Assembly (NCBI GenBank): GCA_033551855.1
Contig: JAWSUI010000001.1
Location: 64,001 to 128,000 of the forward strand
From: Deferrisomatales bacterium
GTDB taxonomy: Bacteria > Desulfobacterota > Deferrisomatia > Deferrisomatales > JACRMM01
Direction: 5' to 3'
DNA: 64,000 bases
Positions 41,357 to 50,805 of the stretch are shown here, piece by piece. A program made the translations under genes and the position numbers. Under the pieces are notes generated by a model. That model ran no database searches and was not told the origin of the DNA. It saw only the letters and a program-made list of their open reading frames with translations. Position 1 is the first letter of the stretch; each line of letters opens with the position of its first letter.

Positions 41357-42247
41357 ATGAGAGCGTCGCTTCGGGCGTACCTCCTCGTCAATGCCGCCAC
41401 GCTGCTGTGGGCGGGGAACGTGGTCCTGGGAAGGGCCTTGCGCGATGCGGTGGGCCCGTGGACGCTGGCCGGGCTCCGGGCCGCCGTCGCCGCAGTGCCC
41501 TTTGCCCTGTTGCTCGCCTACTCAGGCCGCCGAGACGGCCCGGCGCGCGGGGTGGGCTTCCGGGAGTGGGGGATGATCGCCGCGATGACGCTTTCGGGGG
41601 TCGTCGGTTTCCAGGTGCTCCTCTACACCGGGTTACGCCACACTACGGCCCTCAATGCCGGCGTGGTCAATGCCACGAGCCCTCTGGTGGCCCTGGTCCT
41701 GGGGCGGTTGCTGGGGGCGGGACCCCTCCGCCCCGGGCAGATGATCGGGGCTCTCGTGAGCCTGGCCGGAGTGGTCGTGGTGCTCAGCGGCGGCTCCTGG
41801 GAAACCCTGCGCGGCCTGGAGCTCAACCCGGGGGATCTCCTGGTCCTGGGGGCCGTTTTCCTGTGGGCCGTGTACTCGCTCCTGGCGAAGTGGCTCCTCG
41901 TGCGGCGCTCCCCGGTTTGGGTCACCGCCCTGTCGACCCTGGCGGCGCTCCCGGTGCTCGCAGCGCCGGCCCTGTGGGAGTGTTCCGTCTCGCCCCCTGC
42001 GATCCACGGGGGCCTGTTGCTGGGGATCTTGTACATCGGCCTCGGGCCCTCCTTCCTGGCGTTCCTCGCCTGGAACCACGGAGTCCAGCGGCTGGGGGTG
42101 GCCGGTGCGATGGCGTTCTACAATACCCTTCCGGTGTATGCGGGGGCTCTCGGAGCCGCCCTCCTGGGAGAGTGGCCCAGGGCGTATCAGCTCGTGGGGG
42201 CCGCCCTCGTGCTGAGCGGGTGCCTTCTGGCCGCGCGGGGCCGCTGA
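41357..42247 (+). CDS. DMT/EamA family transporter
   Basis: LLWAGN..GR; about 10 TMs. Confidence 0.87.
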   Translation: MRASLRAYLLVNAATLLWAGNVVLGRALRDAVGPWTLAGLRAAVAAVPFALLLAYSGRRDGPARGVGFREWGMIAAMTLSGVVGFQVLLYTGLRHTTALNAGVVNATSPLVALVLGRLLGAGPLRPGQMIGALVSLAGVVVVLSGGSWETLRGLELNPGDLLVLGAVFLWAVYSLLAKWLLVRRSPVWVTALSTLAALPVLAAPALWECSVSPPAIHGGLLLGILYIGLGPSFLAFLAWNHGVQRLGVAGAMAFYNTLPVYAGALGAALLGEWPRAYQLVGAALVLSGCLLAARGR

Positions 42248-42422
42248 GGCCGGGCGGAACCGCGTTTTGGAGCGGGTAGAGGCTGGACCGGGTGGTCCGG
42301 AGAGGCGGCGGAGCCGGGGCCGGCCAAATCCTTGCGGCCCTCCGGGGGGTCTGTTAGCATCCTACGGGTTTTTCCCATGACGACGCGTTTTGCGGAGCGA
42401 GATCAGAAGGTTAGGATTTCCG

Positions 42423-44357
42423 ATGGAGCCGGTCAACGAAAAGCGGGTCGTCCTGGGGACTGCGGGGCACATCGACCACGGCAAGTCGTCCCTCGTGCGG
42501 GCCCTGACGGGCACGGACCCCGACCGCCTCAAGGAAGAAAAAGAGCGGGGCATCACCATCGAGCTGGGGTTCGCCCACCTGGCCCTCCCCTCCGGGATCG
42601 ACCTCTCGATCGTGGACGTTCCGGGACACGAGCGCTTCGTCCGGAACATGGTCGCCGGAGCAAGCGGGATCGACCTGGTGATGCTCGTGGTCGCGGCGGA
42701 CGAGGGGGTGATGCCCCAGACGAGGGAGCACCTCGACATCTGTTCCCTCCTGCGGGTGAAGGGGGGGCTGGTGGCCCTCACCAAGGCCGACCTCGTGGAC
42801 GAAGAGCTCCTGGAGCTGGCCCAGGAGGACGTCTCGACGGCCCTGGCGGGCAGCTTCCTCGAAGGGGCCCCGGTGGTGCCCGTCTCGGCAAACACCGGAC
42901 AGGGGCTGGGGGCGTTGGTGGATAGTCTGGACGCCCTGGCCCGGACCGTGCCCCAGCGGGGAACCAAGGGGCTCTTCCGGCTGCCGGTGGATCGGGTCTT
43001 CACCATGCGGGGCTTTGGCACCGTCGTCACGGGAACGGTCATCTCGGGCGCGGTGCGCAAGGACGAGGAGGTAGAGGTCCTCCCGAGGGGGCGTCGAGGA
43101 AAGGTGCGCGGCGCTCAGGTGCACGGCCGATCGGTGGATCGGGCAGCCGCGGGGCAGCGTACGGCCCTGAACCTGAGCGGCCTGGAGGTGGCGGATCTTC
43201 ACCGGGGGGATACCGTGGTGCACGTCGGCTCCCTGGAAACCACGCACATGCTCGACGTGCGCTTGGATGTGCTGCCCGGAGCGGGGCGCCCCCTGACGGA
43301 CCGGGATCGCGTGCGGCTCCATATCGGCACCCAGGAGGTGCCGGTGGTCGTGGCGCTGTTGGAGGGGGACGAGCTCTGGCCGGGGGAGGGGGGGTATGCT
43401 CAGCTCCGAAGCCCTGCCCGGGTGGTGGCGTGTCCGGGCGATCGGTTCGTGCTGCGCCAGTTCTCCCCGGCACACACCCTGGGGGGAGGGGCCGTGCTCG
43501 ATCATCGCCCGCGCCGTCACCGGGGCCGGCGGTCCGAGACGCTGGCCTCCCTGGAGCGGCTCGAGTCCGAGGACCCGGCCGAGCGGTTGGAGGTCTTCCT
43601 CTCCGCCCGGGGTCCCGCCGGCCTCGGGCCCCAGGAAGTGCAGGCCGCTCTTGGGGTCCCCCTGGAGGAGGCGCGACAGCTCCTCCAGGGGGCTGCTCGG
43701 GGCGGGTGGGCCCTGGTGACCGACCGCAAGGGCCAACGGCACCACCACAGCGACCTGGTGGCCGGCCTCGAGGCACGGGCGCTGGAGGTTCTCGGGGCCT
43801 ATCATGCGGACAACCCCCTCAAGCGGGGTCTCGGGGTCGAGGAGCTCCGCACCAAGTTTCCCCGGTATATCGGCCCTCGGTTGGTGGAGTTCGTGCTGGG
43901 GCGGATGGCAGAGGCGGGCCGGGTCGTGCTGGAGGGAGACCTGGTGCGGCGCAGTGACTTTTCGTTGCGGCTGAGCGCCGACGATGAGAGTTTGCGAGGC
44001 CGGATCCAGGAGATGCTCGCTGCCCGGGGTTACGAGGCCCCTTCCCTGGAGGACGCGGCCGCCGCCCTGGGGGAGGAGCCCAAGGCGCTCCGGCCGGTGC
44101 TCGACTACCTCGTGGGGCAAGGAGTGCTTCACCGGACCAAGGAGGGGTTCTACTTCGAGAGCCGGCGCCTGGAGGAGCTCGGCCGCAGAGTGGCGGCCCT
44201 GCTGGAGCAGAAGGGGGAGATGGCGGTGTCGGACGTGAAGGACCTTACCGGCACGACCCGCAAGTACACGGTGCCGTTGCTCGAGTACCTGGACTCCCAG
44301 AAGGTGACGGTGCGCAAGGGAGATGTTCGGGTGCTGGGTCCCCGGGGGCGAGGCTGA
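42423..44357 (+). CDS. selB: Selenocysteine-specific elongation factor
   Basis: GTAGHIDHGKS, EEKERGITI, DVPGHE, C-terminal winged helices TTRKYTVPLLEYLD. Confidence 0.97.
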   Translation: MEPVNEKRVVLGTAGHIDHGKSSLVRALTGTDPDRLKEEKERGITIELGFAHLALPSGIDLSIVDVPGHERFVRNMVAGASGIDLVMLVVAADEGVMPQTREHLDICSLLRVKGGLVALTKADLVDEELLELAQEDVSTALAGSFLEGAPVVPVSANTGQGLGALVDSLDALARTVPQRGTKGLFRLPVDRVFTMRGFGTVVTGTVISGAVRKDEEVEVLPRGRRGKVRGAQVHGRSVDRAAAGQRTALNLSGLEVADLHRGDTVVHVGSLETTHMLDVRLDVLPGAGRPLTDRDRVRLHIGTQEVPVVVALLEGDELWPGEGGYAQLRSPARVVACPGDRFVLRQFSPAHTLGGGAVLDHRPRRHRGRRSETLASLERLESEDPAERLEVFLSARGPAGLGPQEVQAALGVPLEEARQLLQGAARGGWALVTDRKGQRHHHSDLVAGLEARALEVLGAYHADNPLKRGLGVEELRTKFPRYIGPRLVEFVLGRMAEAGRVVLEGDLVRRSDFSLRLSADDESLRGRIQEMLAARGYEAPSLEDAAAALGEEPKALRPVLDYLVGQGVLHRTKEGFYFESRRLEELGRRVAALLEQKGEMAVSDVKDLTGTTRKYTVPLLEYLDSQKVTVRKGDVRVLGPRGRG

Positions 44358-44362
44358 GGGGG

Positions 44363-44632
44363 GTGTCTCCCCCGTGGCCCGTGGCCGGGCTCGGGGGAAG
44401 GTTCGAGAGGGTCGACGACGTAGTGGGGAGGAATGTGCCGCTCGCCCCCTCCGGGGACGGCCGGGAGGGCGAGACACTTCCCTGACCGGGGGAGCACGCG
44501 CGGGAGCCTGTCCTCGGCCCGCGTCTGGCGGACGAGCCGGGGGTCACCGTGGTAGGCTACGCGAGGAGCGGGCGCTTCGACGTCTACGACCACCCCCGTC
44601 GCGTCGACGGTGCCGGGGTGGAGCCGAGCTGA
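44363..44632 (+). pseudogene. Collapsed fdhD-like ORF (N- and C-terminal remnants) with in-frame TGA at 44483
   Basis: One frame reads ..FERVDDVVGRNVPL..GREGETLP*PGEHAREPVLGPRLADEPGVTVVGYARSGRFDVYDHPRRV..; the C-terminus matches the FdhD GxTLVGF/YARxxRFxVYxHPxR pattern. Confidence 0.6.
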
Positions 44633-44732
44633 GGGGGCTCGACCGGGGGGCGGTGGGCCCTGTCGAGGGGAAGACGGCAACCGGGAGAGCGGTCCGTGCC
44701 GTAGGCGTGCGGCGCCGCGGGAGAGGTGCAGC

Positions 44733-46049
44733 GTGTCTGGAAAGCGAGCGGTAGTCGCGCTGATCGCAGCGCTTCTGGCCTTTGGCTACGTCTTCACCAT
44801 GAACCCGGGATCCGTGGAGTTCCGGATCTATCCCGGAGCCACGGTGAACACGAGCCTCGCTCTGGTCCTGTTTTTCTTCTTCCTGGGGGGCTTCGGTCTG
44901 GCGGTGTTCGCCACTGCGTTCAAGGAGGCCCTGCGGTCGTTCCAGTTCTGGCTGCACCGCCGGGGTGACCAGCGGCGGGAAGCCGCCCACCGCCTCGTCC
45001 TGCAGGGCAGGGGGAGCGCCCTCCTGGGGCGGACCGCCGCCGCCCGCAAGCTGCTCCGCAAGGCATACCGGAAGTCGCGGGAGGCCCCGGTGGCCCTGGA
45101 GGTGGCGCGTGCCGAGCTGGGGGACGGCAAGGTTTCCCTGGCGGAGCGCCGTCTCAGGGCCCTTCTCGAGGACGATCCCCGCAACCCCGAGGTCCTGGCT
45201 CTGCTGCTCGATGTGTACCGGGGGCGGAAGGACTTCGAAGGACAGGTGGCCGCCTTGGGCCGCTGGCTGGAGGTCGAGCCGGACCACCTGGCCGCCCTCC
45301 AGTCCCTTCGAACCCTCTATCGGGACGCCGGGAACTGGTCGGAGGCAGCCCGGGTGCAGGAGCGGGTCGTGGCGCGCACCGAGGCGCGCCAGGCCCGCGC
45401 GGCCGAGCGGCGTGTTCTGAGCGAGCTGCGCTGGCGGCAGGCCGGGAACCTACCGGCGGTTCCGGCGCGGCGGCTCCTGGAGCGGGTGGTGGCCGATGAC
45501 GAGGGGTTCGCGCCGGCCCATGCGGCCCTGGGGGAGCGGTGGCTCGCGGCCGATGACGTCCCCGCGGCGGTGCGGGCGTGGGTGCGGGGCTACGAGGCGA
45601 CGGGCCAGGCGGGCCTCCTGCTGCGCGCCGAGGAGGTCTTGTTGGAAGCAGGACGGACCGACGAGATCCTCAAGCTGTACCGGAAGCTGGGAAAGCGGGG
45701 GGGCGCCGCCTTCCTGCTGCGGGTGCGTCTGCTCCTGGATCTGGAGCGATCCCAGGAGGCCCTCCAGGTGATCGAGGGCGAAAGAGCCGCGGGTGGGGCG
45801 GGACGCGCCGAGAAGCTCCTCCTGGGGGAGGCGCTGTATCGACTCGGGTCCTATGACCAGGCGGTGCGGGCGTTTCGGGAGGGGGCTCTCGGAGCGGACG
45901 GGCCGATGCCGATCTCGTTCATCTGCTCGGGGTGCGGCCACGCCTCCCCGCGCTGGGGCGCGCTGTGCGCGGCCTGCGGCCGCACCGACACGCTCGAGCT
46001 CGAGTGGGGAGCTGTGCCTTCCCGAGCGGCTCTTCCCGAGCCGGCCTAG
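44733..46049 (+). CDS. LapA-domain/TPR/rubredoxin-like protein (LapA-LapB-like fusion)
   Basis: Two N-terminal TMs around MNPGSV, TPR repeats, C-terminal FICSGCG..W..LCAACG. Confidence 0.75.
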   Translation: MSGKRAVVALIAALLAFGYVFTMNPGSVEFRIYPGATVNTSLALVLFFFFLGGFGLAVFATAFKEALRSFQFWLHRRGDQRREAAHRLVLQGRGSALLGRTAAARKLLRKAYRKSREAPVALEVARAELGDGKVSLAERRLRALLEDDPRNPEVLALLLDVYRGRKDFEGQVAALGRWLEVEPDHLAALQSLRTLYRDAGNWSEAARVQERVVARTEARQARAAERRVLSELRWRQAGNLPAVPARRLLERVVADDEGFAPAHAALGERWLAADDVPAAVRAWVRGYEATGQAGLLLRAEEVLLEAGRTDEILKLYRKLGKRGGAAFLLRVRLLLDLERSQEALQVIEGERAAGGAGRAEKLLLGEALYRLGSYDQAVRAFREGALGADGPMPISFICSGCGHASPRWGALCAACGRTDTLELEWGAVPSRAALPEPA

Positions 46050-46053
46050 GAAA

Positions 46054-46263
46054 GGCTCACCCGGGACGACGGCCGCGTCGGCCTGTCCACGCCGGCGAGA
46101 GATGCCGGACCACCAACGTCGCCCGTGGGCCGGGGCCGGCCGGAACGCCCAACGGAAACGCGGGTCCCGACGGTCTGCCGGAAACGAACGGCCGCCCGCG
46201 TGCGCGGCCTGACGTACCCGGGCGTCCGCGGGGAGCCGGCCCCGGTCATTCCCTGGAAGACCT
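46054..46263 (+). mobile_element. MITE-like repeat family I, highly diverged copy E
   Basis: GGCTCACCCGGGAC..GATGCCGG..CGGCCGCCCG..CCCGGTCATTCCCTGGAAGACC aligns with the family ends; the core resembles copy D. Confidence 0.6.
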
Positions 46264-46279
46264 GCAGAGGAGGGGGCCC

Positions 46280-47821
46280 GTGCGACGCGCGGCACTGATC
46301 ATCCTGGACGGCTGGGGAGAGCGGGAGGCGTTGGAGTTCAACGCGGTGCGGCAGGCCCGGACTCCCCGCCTGGCAGCGCTGCTCCAGAGCTTTCCCTCCG
46401 CCACCCTTGGGGCGGGCGGCCTCGCCGTGGGTCTCCCGGAAGGTCAGATGGGCAATTCCGAGGTCGGGCACCTCAACCTGGGCGCCGGCCGGGTCGTGTA
46501 CCAGGACTACACGCGCATCAATCTGGCAGTGGAGGACGGCTCGTTTTTCGCCAACCCGGTCTTGACCCGGACCTGCGATCTCGTGGGGGGGGCCGGGGGG
46601 GCGCTGCACCTGTTGGGGCTGGTCTCGGACGGAGGCGTGCACAGCCACCAGAACCACCTCCACGCCCTCGTGGAGCTGGCGGCCGGCCGTGGGGTGGAGC
46701 GGGTCTTCGTCCACGCGTTCCTGGACGGCCGGGACACGCCGCCCCAGAGCGGGTGGCGGTATCTGGAGGCCCTCGAAGAGCTCTTGGGCCGCGTCGGCGT
46801 GGGGCAGGTCGCAACCCTCTGCGGGCGCTACTACGCCATGGACCGAGACACCCGCTGGGATCGGGTGGAGAAGGCGTTCCGAGCCCTGTGTCGGGGCGAA
46901 GGAGTGCCGGCACGCTCCTCGGCCGAGGCCGTGCGGAGCGCGTACGACGAGGGCCAGACCGACGAGTTCGTCGTGCCCCGGGTGGTGCTGGACGGGGACG
47001 GTCGCCCCGTGGGCCCCGTGGGGGACGGCGATGGGGTGATCTTCTTCAACTTCCGGGCAGACCGGGCCCGGGAGCTCACGAGGGCCTTCACGGAGCCGGG
47101 CTTCGAGGCCTTCGACGTGACCGGGCGGCCGGCGCTCCGCTCCTACGTGACCTTCACGGAGTACGACGAGACCTTCGGGCTTCCCGTGGCGTTCCCGCCG
47201 GAGCGCCTGACGCATCTGCTCGGGGCCTTGGTTTCGGACGCCGGTCTTCGCCAGCTCCGCATCGCCGAGACCGAGAAGTACGCGCACGTGACGTTCTTCT
47301 TCAACGGCGGCGAGGAAGAGCCCTTCCCCGGGGAGGAGCGCATCCTCGTGCCGAGCCCGCGGGACGTGACCACCTACGACCAGAGGCCGGAAATGAGCGC
47401 GTTCCAGGTGCGGGACCGGCTGGTGGCGGAGATCCACCGGGGGGTCCACGATCTGATCGTCGCGAATTTCGCCAATCTCGACATGGTGGGCCACACCGGG
47501 ATCCTCGAGGCCGCCGTGCGGGCGGTCGAGGCCGTGGACACCTGTGTCGGGGACGTGGTGGACGCCCTCCGGGCAGCGGGGTACGCTGCCGCGGTCACGG
47601 CGGACCACGGCAATGCGGAGCAGATGTGGGACCCGGGAAGCTCCCAGGCACACACCGCCCATACCACGAACCGGGTACCCTTCGTCCTGGTGGACGAGGG
47701 GCGCCGGTCGTTGCGGCTTCGGCCGGACGGGATCCTGGCGGATGTTGCGCCGACCCTGCTCCAGGTGATGGGGCTGGCCCAACCGCCGGAGATGACCGGC
47801 AGGAGCCTCCTGCCCGGCTAG
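46280..47821 (+). CDS. gpmI: 2,3-bisphosphoglycerate-independent phosphoglycerate mutase
   Basis: [41 protein letters not shown]. Confidence 0.97.
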   Translation: MRRAALIILDGWGEREALEFNAVRQARTPRLAALLQSFPSATLGAGGLAVGLPEGQMGNSEVGHLNLGAGRVVYQDYTRINLAVEDGSFFANPVLTRTCDLVGGAGGALHLLGLVSDGGVHSHQNHLHALVELAAGRGVERVFVHAFLDGRDTPPQSGWRYLEALEELLGRVGVGQVATLCGRYYAMDRDTRWDRVEKAFRALCRGEGVPARSSAEAVRSAYDEGQTDEFVVPRVVLDGDGRPVGPVGDGDGVIFFNFRADRARELTRAFTEPGFEAFDVTGRPALRSYVTFTEYDETFGLPVAFPPERLTHLLGALVSDAGLRQLRIAETEKYAHVTFFFNGGEEEPFPGEERILVPSPRDVTTYDQRPEMSAFQVRDRLVAEIHRGVHDLIVANFANLDMVGHTGILEAAVRAVEAVDTCVGDVVDALRAAGYAAAVTADHGNAEQMWDPGSSQAHTAHTTNRVPFVLVDEGRRSLRLRPDGILADVAPTLLQVMGLAQPPEMTGRSLLPG

Positions 47822-47868
47822 GGCTTCGCTCCGGTCTCCTCGGGCTCCTCCACCTGCTCCTGCCCGCC

Positions 47869-48573
47869 GTGTGCCCCGCCTGCCGGCGGCGGGAACCGGG
47901 GGAGGCCGCCCAGCCGTTTTGCGGTGACTGCCGAGACCGCCTCGAGCCCCTGCGCGAGCCGTTTTGCCCCGTCTGTGCGCTCCCCTTCCCGGGGCAGGGC
48001 CCCTCCCACCCCTGCCCTCGCTGCCTCGAGGATCCGCCAGCTTTCCGAGAGCTGCGGGCCTGGGGAGTCTATCGAGGTCTCTTGCTGGAGACGCTGCGAC
48101 GCTGGAAGTTCGGCGGAGACCCCTGCCTGCGAAGGGGCATGGGCGATCTGGCCGTGGAGGCGCTGCACCGGTTCTGGCCGCGGGAGCACTTCGACGCGGT
48201 GGTGCCGGTGCCCTGTCATGCAGCGACCCTGCGGCGGCGGGGCTTCGACCTGCCCGCGTTCCTCGCGCGAGGTGTGGCGGGGGCAGCCGGTGTGCCGTGG
48301 CGCCCCTTGGCCCTGCAAAAGGCCCAGGCGATACCCGAGCTGGTGGGGCTGGACGTCCGCCAGCGGGTTGCGGCGGTGCGAAGCGCGTACCGGCCCCGGC
48401 AGGGCCTGGAGGGGTCCGTCCTGCTGGTGGACGACGTGGTCACCTCCACGGTCACGGCCAGGGCCTGCGCCCGCGCGTGCCAGGAGGCCGGCGCCGGGCA
48501 GGTGCGGGTGCTGTCCCTGGTGCGGACCCCATTGGAAGGCGCCGGGCGGGGAGGGTTCGCGGGTGGGTGGTAG
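47869..48573 (+). CDS. comF: ComF-family (double zinc ribbon + PRTase); start uncertain, homology begins ~47830
   Basis: CPAC..CGDC..CPVC..CPRC, VVPVP, RRGF, VLLVDDVVTS. Confidence 0.85.
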   Translation: MCPACRRREPGEAAQPFCGDCRDRLEPLREPFCPVCALPFPGQGPSHPCPRCLEDPPAFRELRAWGVYRGLLLETLRRWKFGGDPCLRRGMGDLAVEALHRFWPREHFDAVVPVPCHAATLRRRGFDLPAFLARGVAGAAGVPWRPLALQKAQAIPELVGLDVRQRVAAVRSAYRPRQGLEGSVLLVDDVVTSTVTARACARACQEAGAGQVRVLSLVRTPLEGAGRGGFAGGW

Positions 48574-48806
48574 GAAGGCCCATTCCGCAAGTGCGCCGGC
48601 ACACGAGCGCCGCCGCCTCAGCCGCGGTACCTGCCGGGGGAAGGCTGCCCGGCTTTTCTCCCAGCCAGGTGCCACCGCGGCGCACCGACGCTCTCGGTGC
48701 GTCACCGGATCTGGCGACCATTCCACTTAGCGCTGGCCGACCTCCCGACCCTGTGGTACAAGCGAGGCACTTCTTGGCCCGGCCACCGAGGACTAGGGGA
48801 GGGACC

Positions 48807-49781
48807 ATGACTCCGAGTCAAGACAGCCTGACCATCTGGTGGCGCAACCGGACGACCGGAGAGAGGAGCCGCCTGAGCCTCTCCCGGCGGGGGACTCTTT
48901 TCGCAGGGGGTCTGTGTCTGGCGGCGTTCGCCGCGGCGTGGGTCCTCGGGGCCGTGTCGCTGCGGCTCCACCAGGAAAACGCCCTCCTCCACGCCCGGCT
49001 GGGAGCCGTGGAGGAGCTCGCGCGGGGACTCCGGGACGCCGAGATGGAGATCGCGGCGGCACGGGACGGCCTGGAGCAGGTGCGGGCCGAGGAGGCGAGA
49101 ATCCGGAAGTGGCTCGGCCTGGATGGGGAAGGCGGGGCCGGGCGGCGAACGGCCGACGGGGCCGAGGCGGAGGGGGGGCAGGGTAGCCTGGGGGACGTGG
49201 ATCTGGCGGTGGTGGCGCCGGAGGAGCTCGCGACGGTTGCCGTGGAGGAGGGGCTCCCGGGGGAGGGTCTGGGGTACGCGGCCTGGGCCCTGGCCTCCGA
49301 CCTGGCGGATCTGGCGTCCCGCCTCCACGAGCGGAAGCGCCAATGGGACGCGCTTCCCTCCCTGACCCCGGTGGATGGGGAGCACTGGGTCAGCTCGGCG
49401 TTCGGGTGGCGTCGAAGCCCCTTCACAGGGGAACGGGAGTTCCACTCGGGGGTGGACTTTGCCGGCGCCCGGGGGACCCCCATCGTCGCCGCGGGGGACG
49501 GGACGGTGGTGCGCACGGTCAACGACGCCCGCCTGGGAAAGGCGGTCACCATCGACCACGGGAACGGCATGGAGACAGTGTATGGCCACTTGGACCGCAT
49601 CTTGGTGCGGCGGGACGACACCGTCTCCCGGGGGCAGGTGATCGGGAAGCTGGGCAGCACGGGCCTTCGGTCCACCGGCCCCCATCTGCACTACTCGGTG
49701 CGGGTGGGGGGAAAGTACGTCAACCCGCGAAACTACCTCTTCGACGCGGGCCTGTTCCCCTACCCTGTCGCCGGAAGGTGA
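48807..49781 (+). CDS. M23-family metallopeptidase
   Basis: FHSGVD, YGHL, STGPHLHY; N-terminal TM and coiled coil. Confidence 0.92.
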   Translation: MTPSQDSLTIWWRNRTTGERSRLSLSRRGTLFAGGLCLAAFAAAWVLGAVSLRLHQENALLHARLGAVEELARGLRDAEMEIAAARDGLEQVRAEEARIRKWLGLDGEGGAGRRTADGAEAEGGQGSLGDVDLAVVAPEELATVAVEEGLPGEGLGYAAWALASDLADLASRLHERKRQWDALPSLTPVDGEHWVSSAFGWRRSPFTGEREFHSGVDFAGARGTPIVAAGDGTVVRTVNDARLGKAVTIDHGNGMETVYGHLDRILVRRDDTVSRGQVIGKLGSTGLRSTGPHLHYSVRVGGKYVNPRNYLFDAGLFPYPVAGR

Positions 49782-49818
49782 CCCGCGGCCCGCGGTGGGC
49801 CACCACCCCGCACTTCCC

Positions 49819-50805
49819 CTACCCCCCGATGCGATTCATCGCGAGATCGTCTGTGGGCGGGGTCCACCCGAGGCGGTGGGCCTCGGGCTTGTGGGCGACC
49901 ACGTCCCGGACCGCCGAGGCGAGGGCCCGGTCGTCTGCACCGGCCCGTAGCAGCTCTCGCAGGTCGGTCTCGTCTCGGGAGAAGAGGCAACCGCGAAGGC
50001 TTCCGGACGCCGTGAGCCGCAGGCGGTTGCACCCGCCGCAGAAGTGCTCGCTCAGGGGGCTGATCACGCCGATGCGCCCACCCCGGGGCAGCAGGAAGAC
50101 CCTGCAAGGACCCGACAGGCTGTCCGGAACGCTGGGGGCGAGTGGGTAGCGCGTGCGCAGGGTCGCGAGGATCTCCGCGGCTGACAGGACCCGGTCGGCG
50201 TCCCAATATTCGCGGGATGCCGGCATGAGCTCGATGAACCGGACCTCATAGCCCCCCTCTTCGGCGAAGGCGGCGAAGTCGAGGATTTCCCCGTCGTTGA
50301 CCCCCCGCTGGGCGACCACGTTGATCTTCACGGGGCTGAGGCCCGCACGGCGCGCGGCGTCGATTCCCGCGAGAACCCTCTCGAGGCCCGGCCGGCGGGT
50401 GATCACCGCGAACACCTCGGGCCGCAGGGTGTCGAGGCTGACGTTGACGCGGCGAAGGCCCGCCTGTCGCAACGCTGAGGCCAATTCCCCCAGGAGCAGC
50501 CCGTTCGTGGTGAGGGAGAGGTCCTCCACGCCGGGAATGCGCGCGAGCTCCCGAACGAAACCGAGCAGCCCTCGGCGCACCAGAGGCTCCCCCCCCGTGA
50601 CCCGCACCTTGCGGATCCCCTCCGCCACGGCAACCCGCACGACCCGGAGCATCTCCTCGTAGGACAGGATCGCCCCGTGCTCCAGGGGGGCCACGCCTTC
50701 CGGGGGCATGCAGTAGGTGCAGCGCAGGTTGCAGCGGTCGGTGACCGAGAGGCGCAGATAGTTGATCGTGCGCCGAAAGCCGTCGCGCAGAGAGGGGCTC
50801 GTCAT
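49819..50805 (-). CDS. moaA: GTP 3',8-cyclase
   Basis: YLRLSVTDRCNLRCTYCMP, FCGGCNRLR, C-terminal IGG. Confidence 0.97.
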   Translation of the reverse strand: MTSPSLRDGFRRTINYLRLSVTDRCNLRCTYCMPPEGVAPLEHGAILSYEEMLRVVRVAVAEGIRKVRVTGGEPLVRRGLLGFVRELARIPGVEDLSLTTNGLLLGELASALRQAGLRRVNVSLDTLRPEVFAVITRRPGLERVLAGIDAARRAGLSPVKINVVAQRGVNDGEILDFAAFAEEGGYEVRFIELMPASREYWDADRVLSAAEILATLRTRYPLAPSVPDSLSGPCRVFLLPRGGRIGVISPLSEHFCGGCNRLRLTASGSLRGCLFSRDETDLRELLRAGADDRALASAVRDVVAHKPEAHRLGWTPPTDDLAMNRIGG

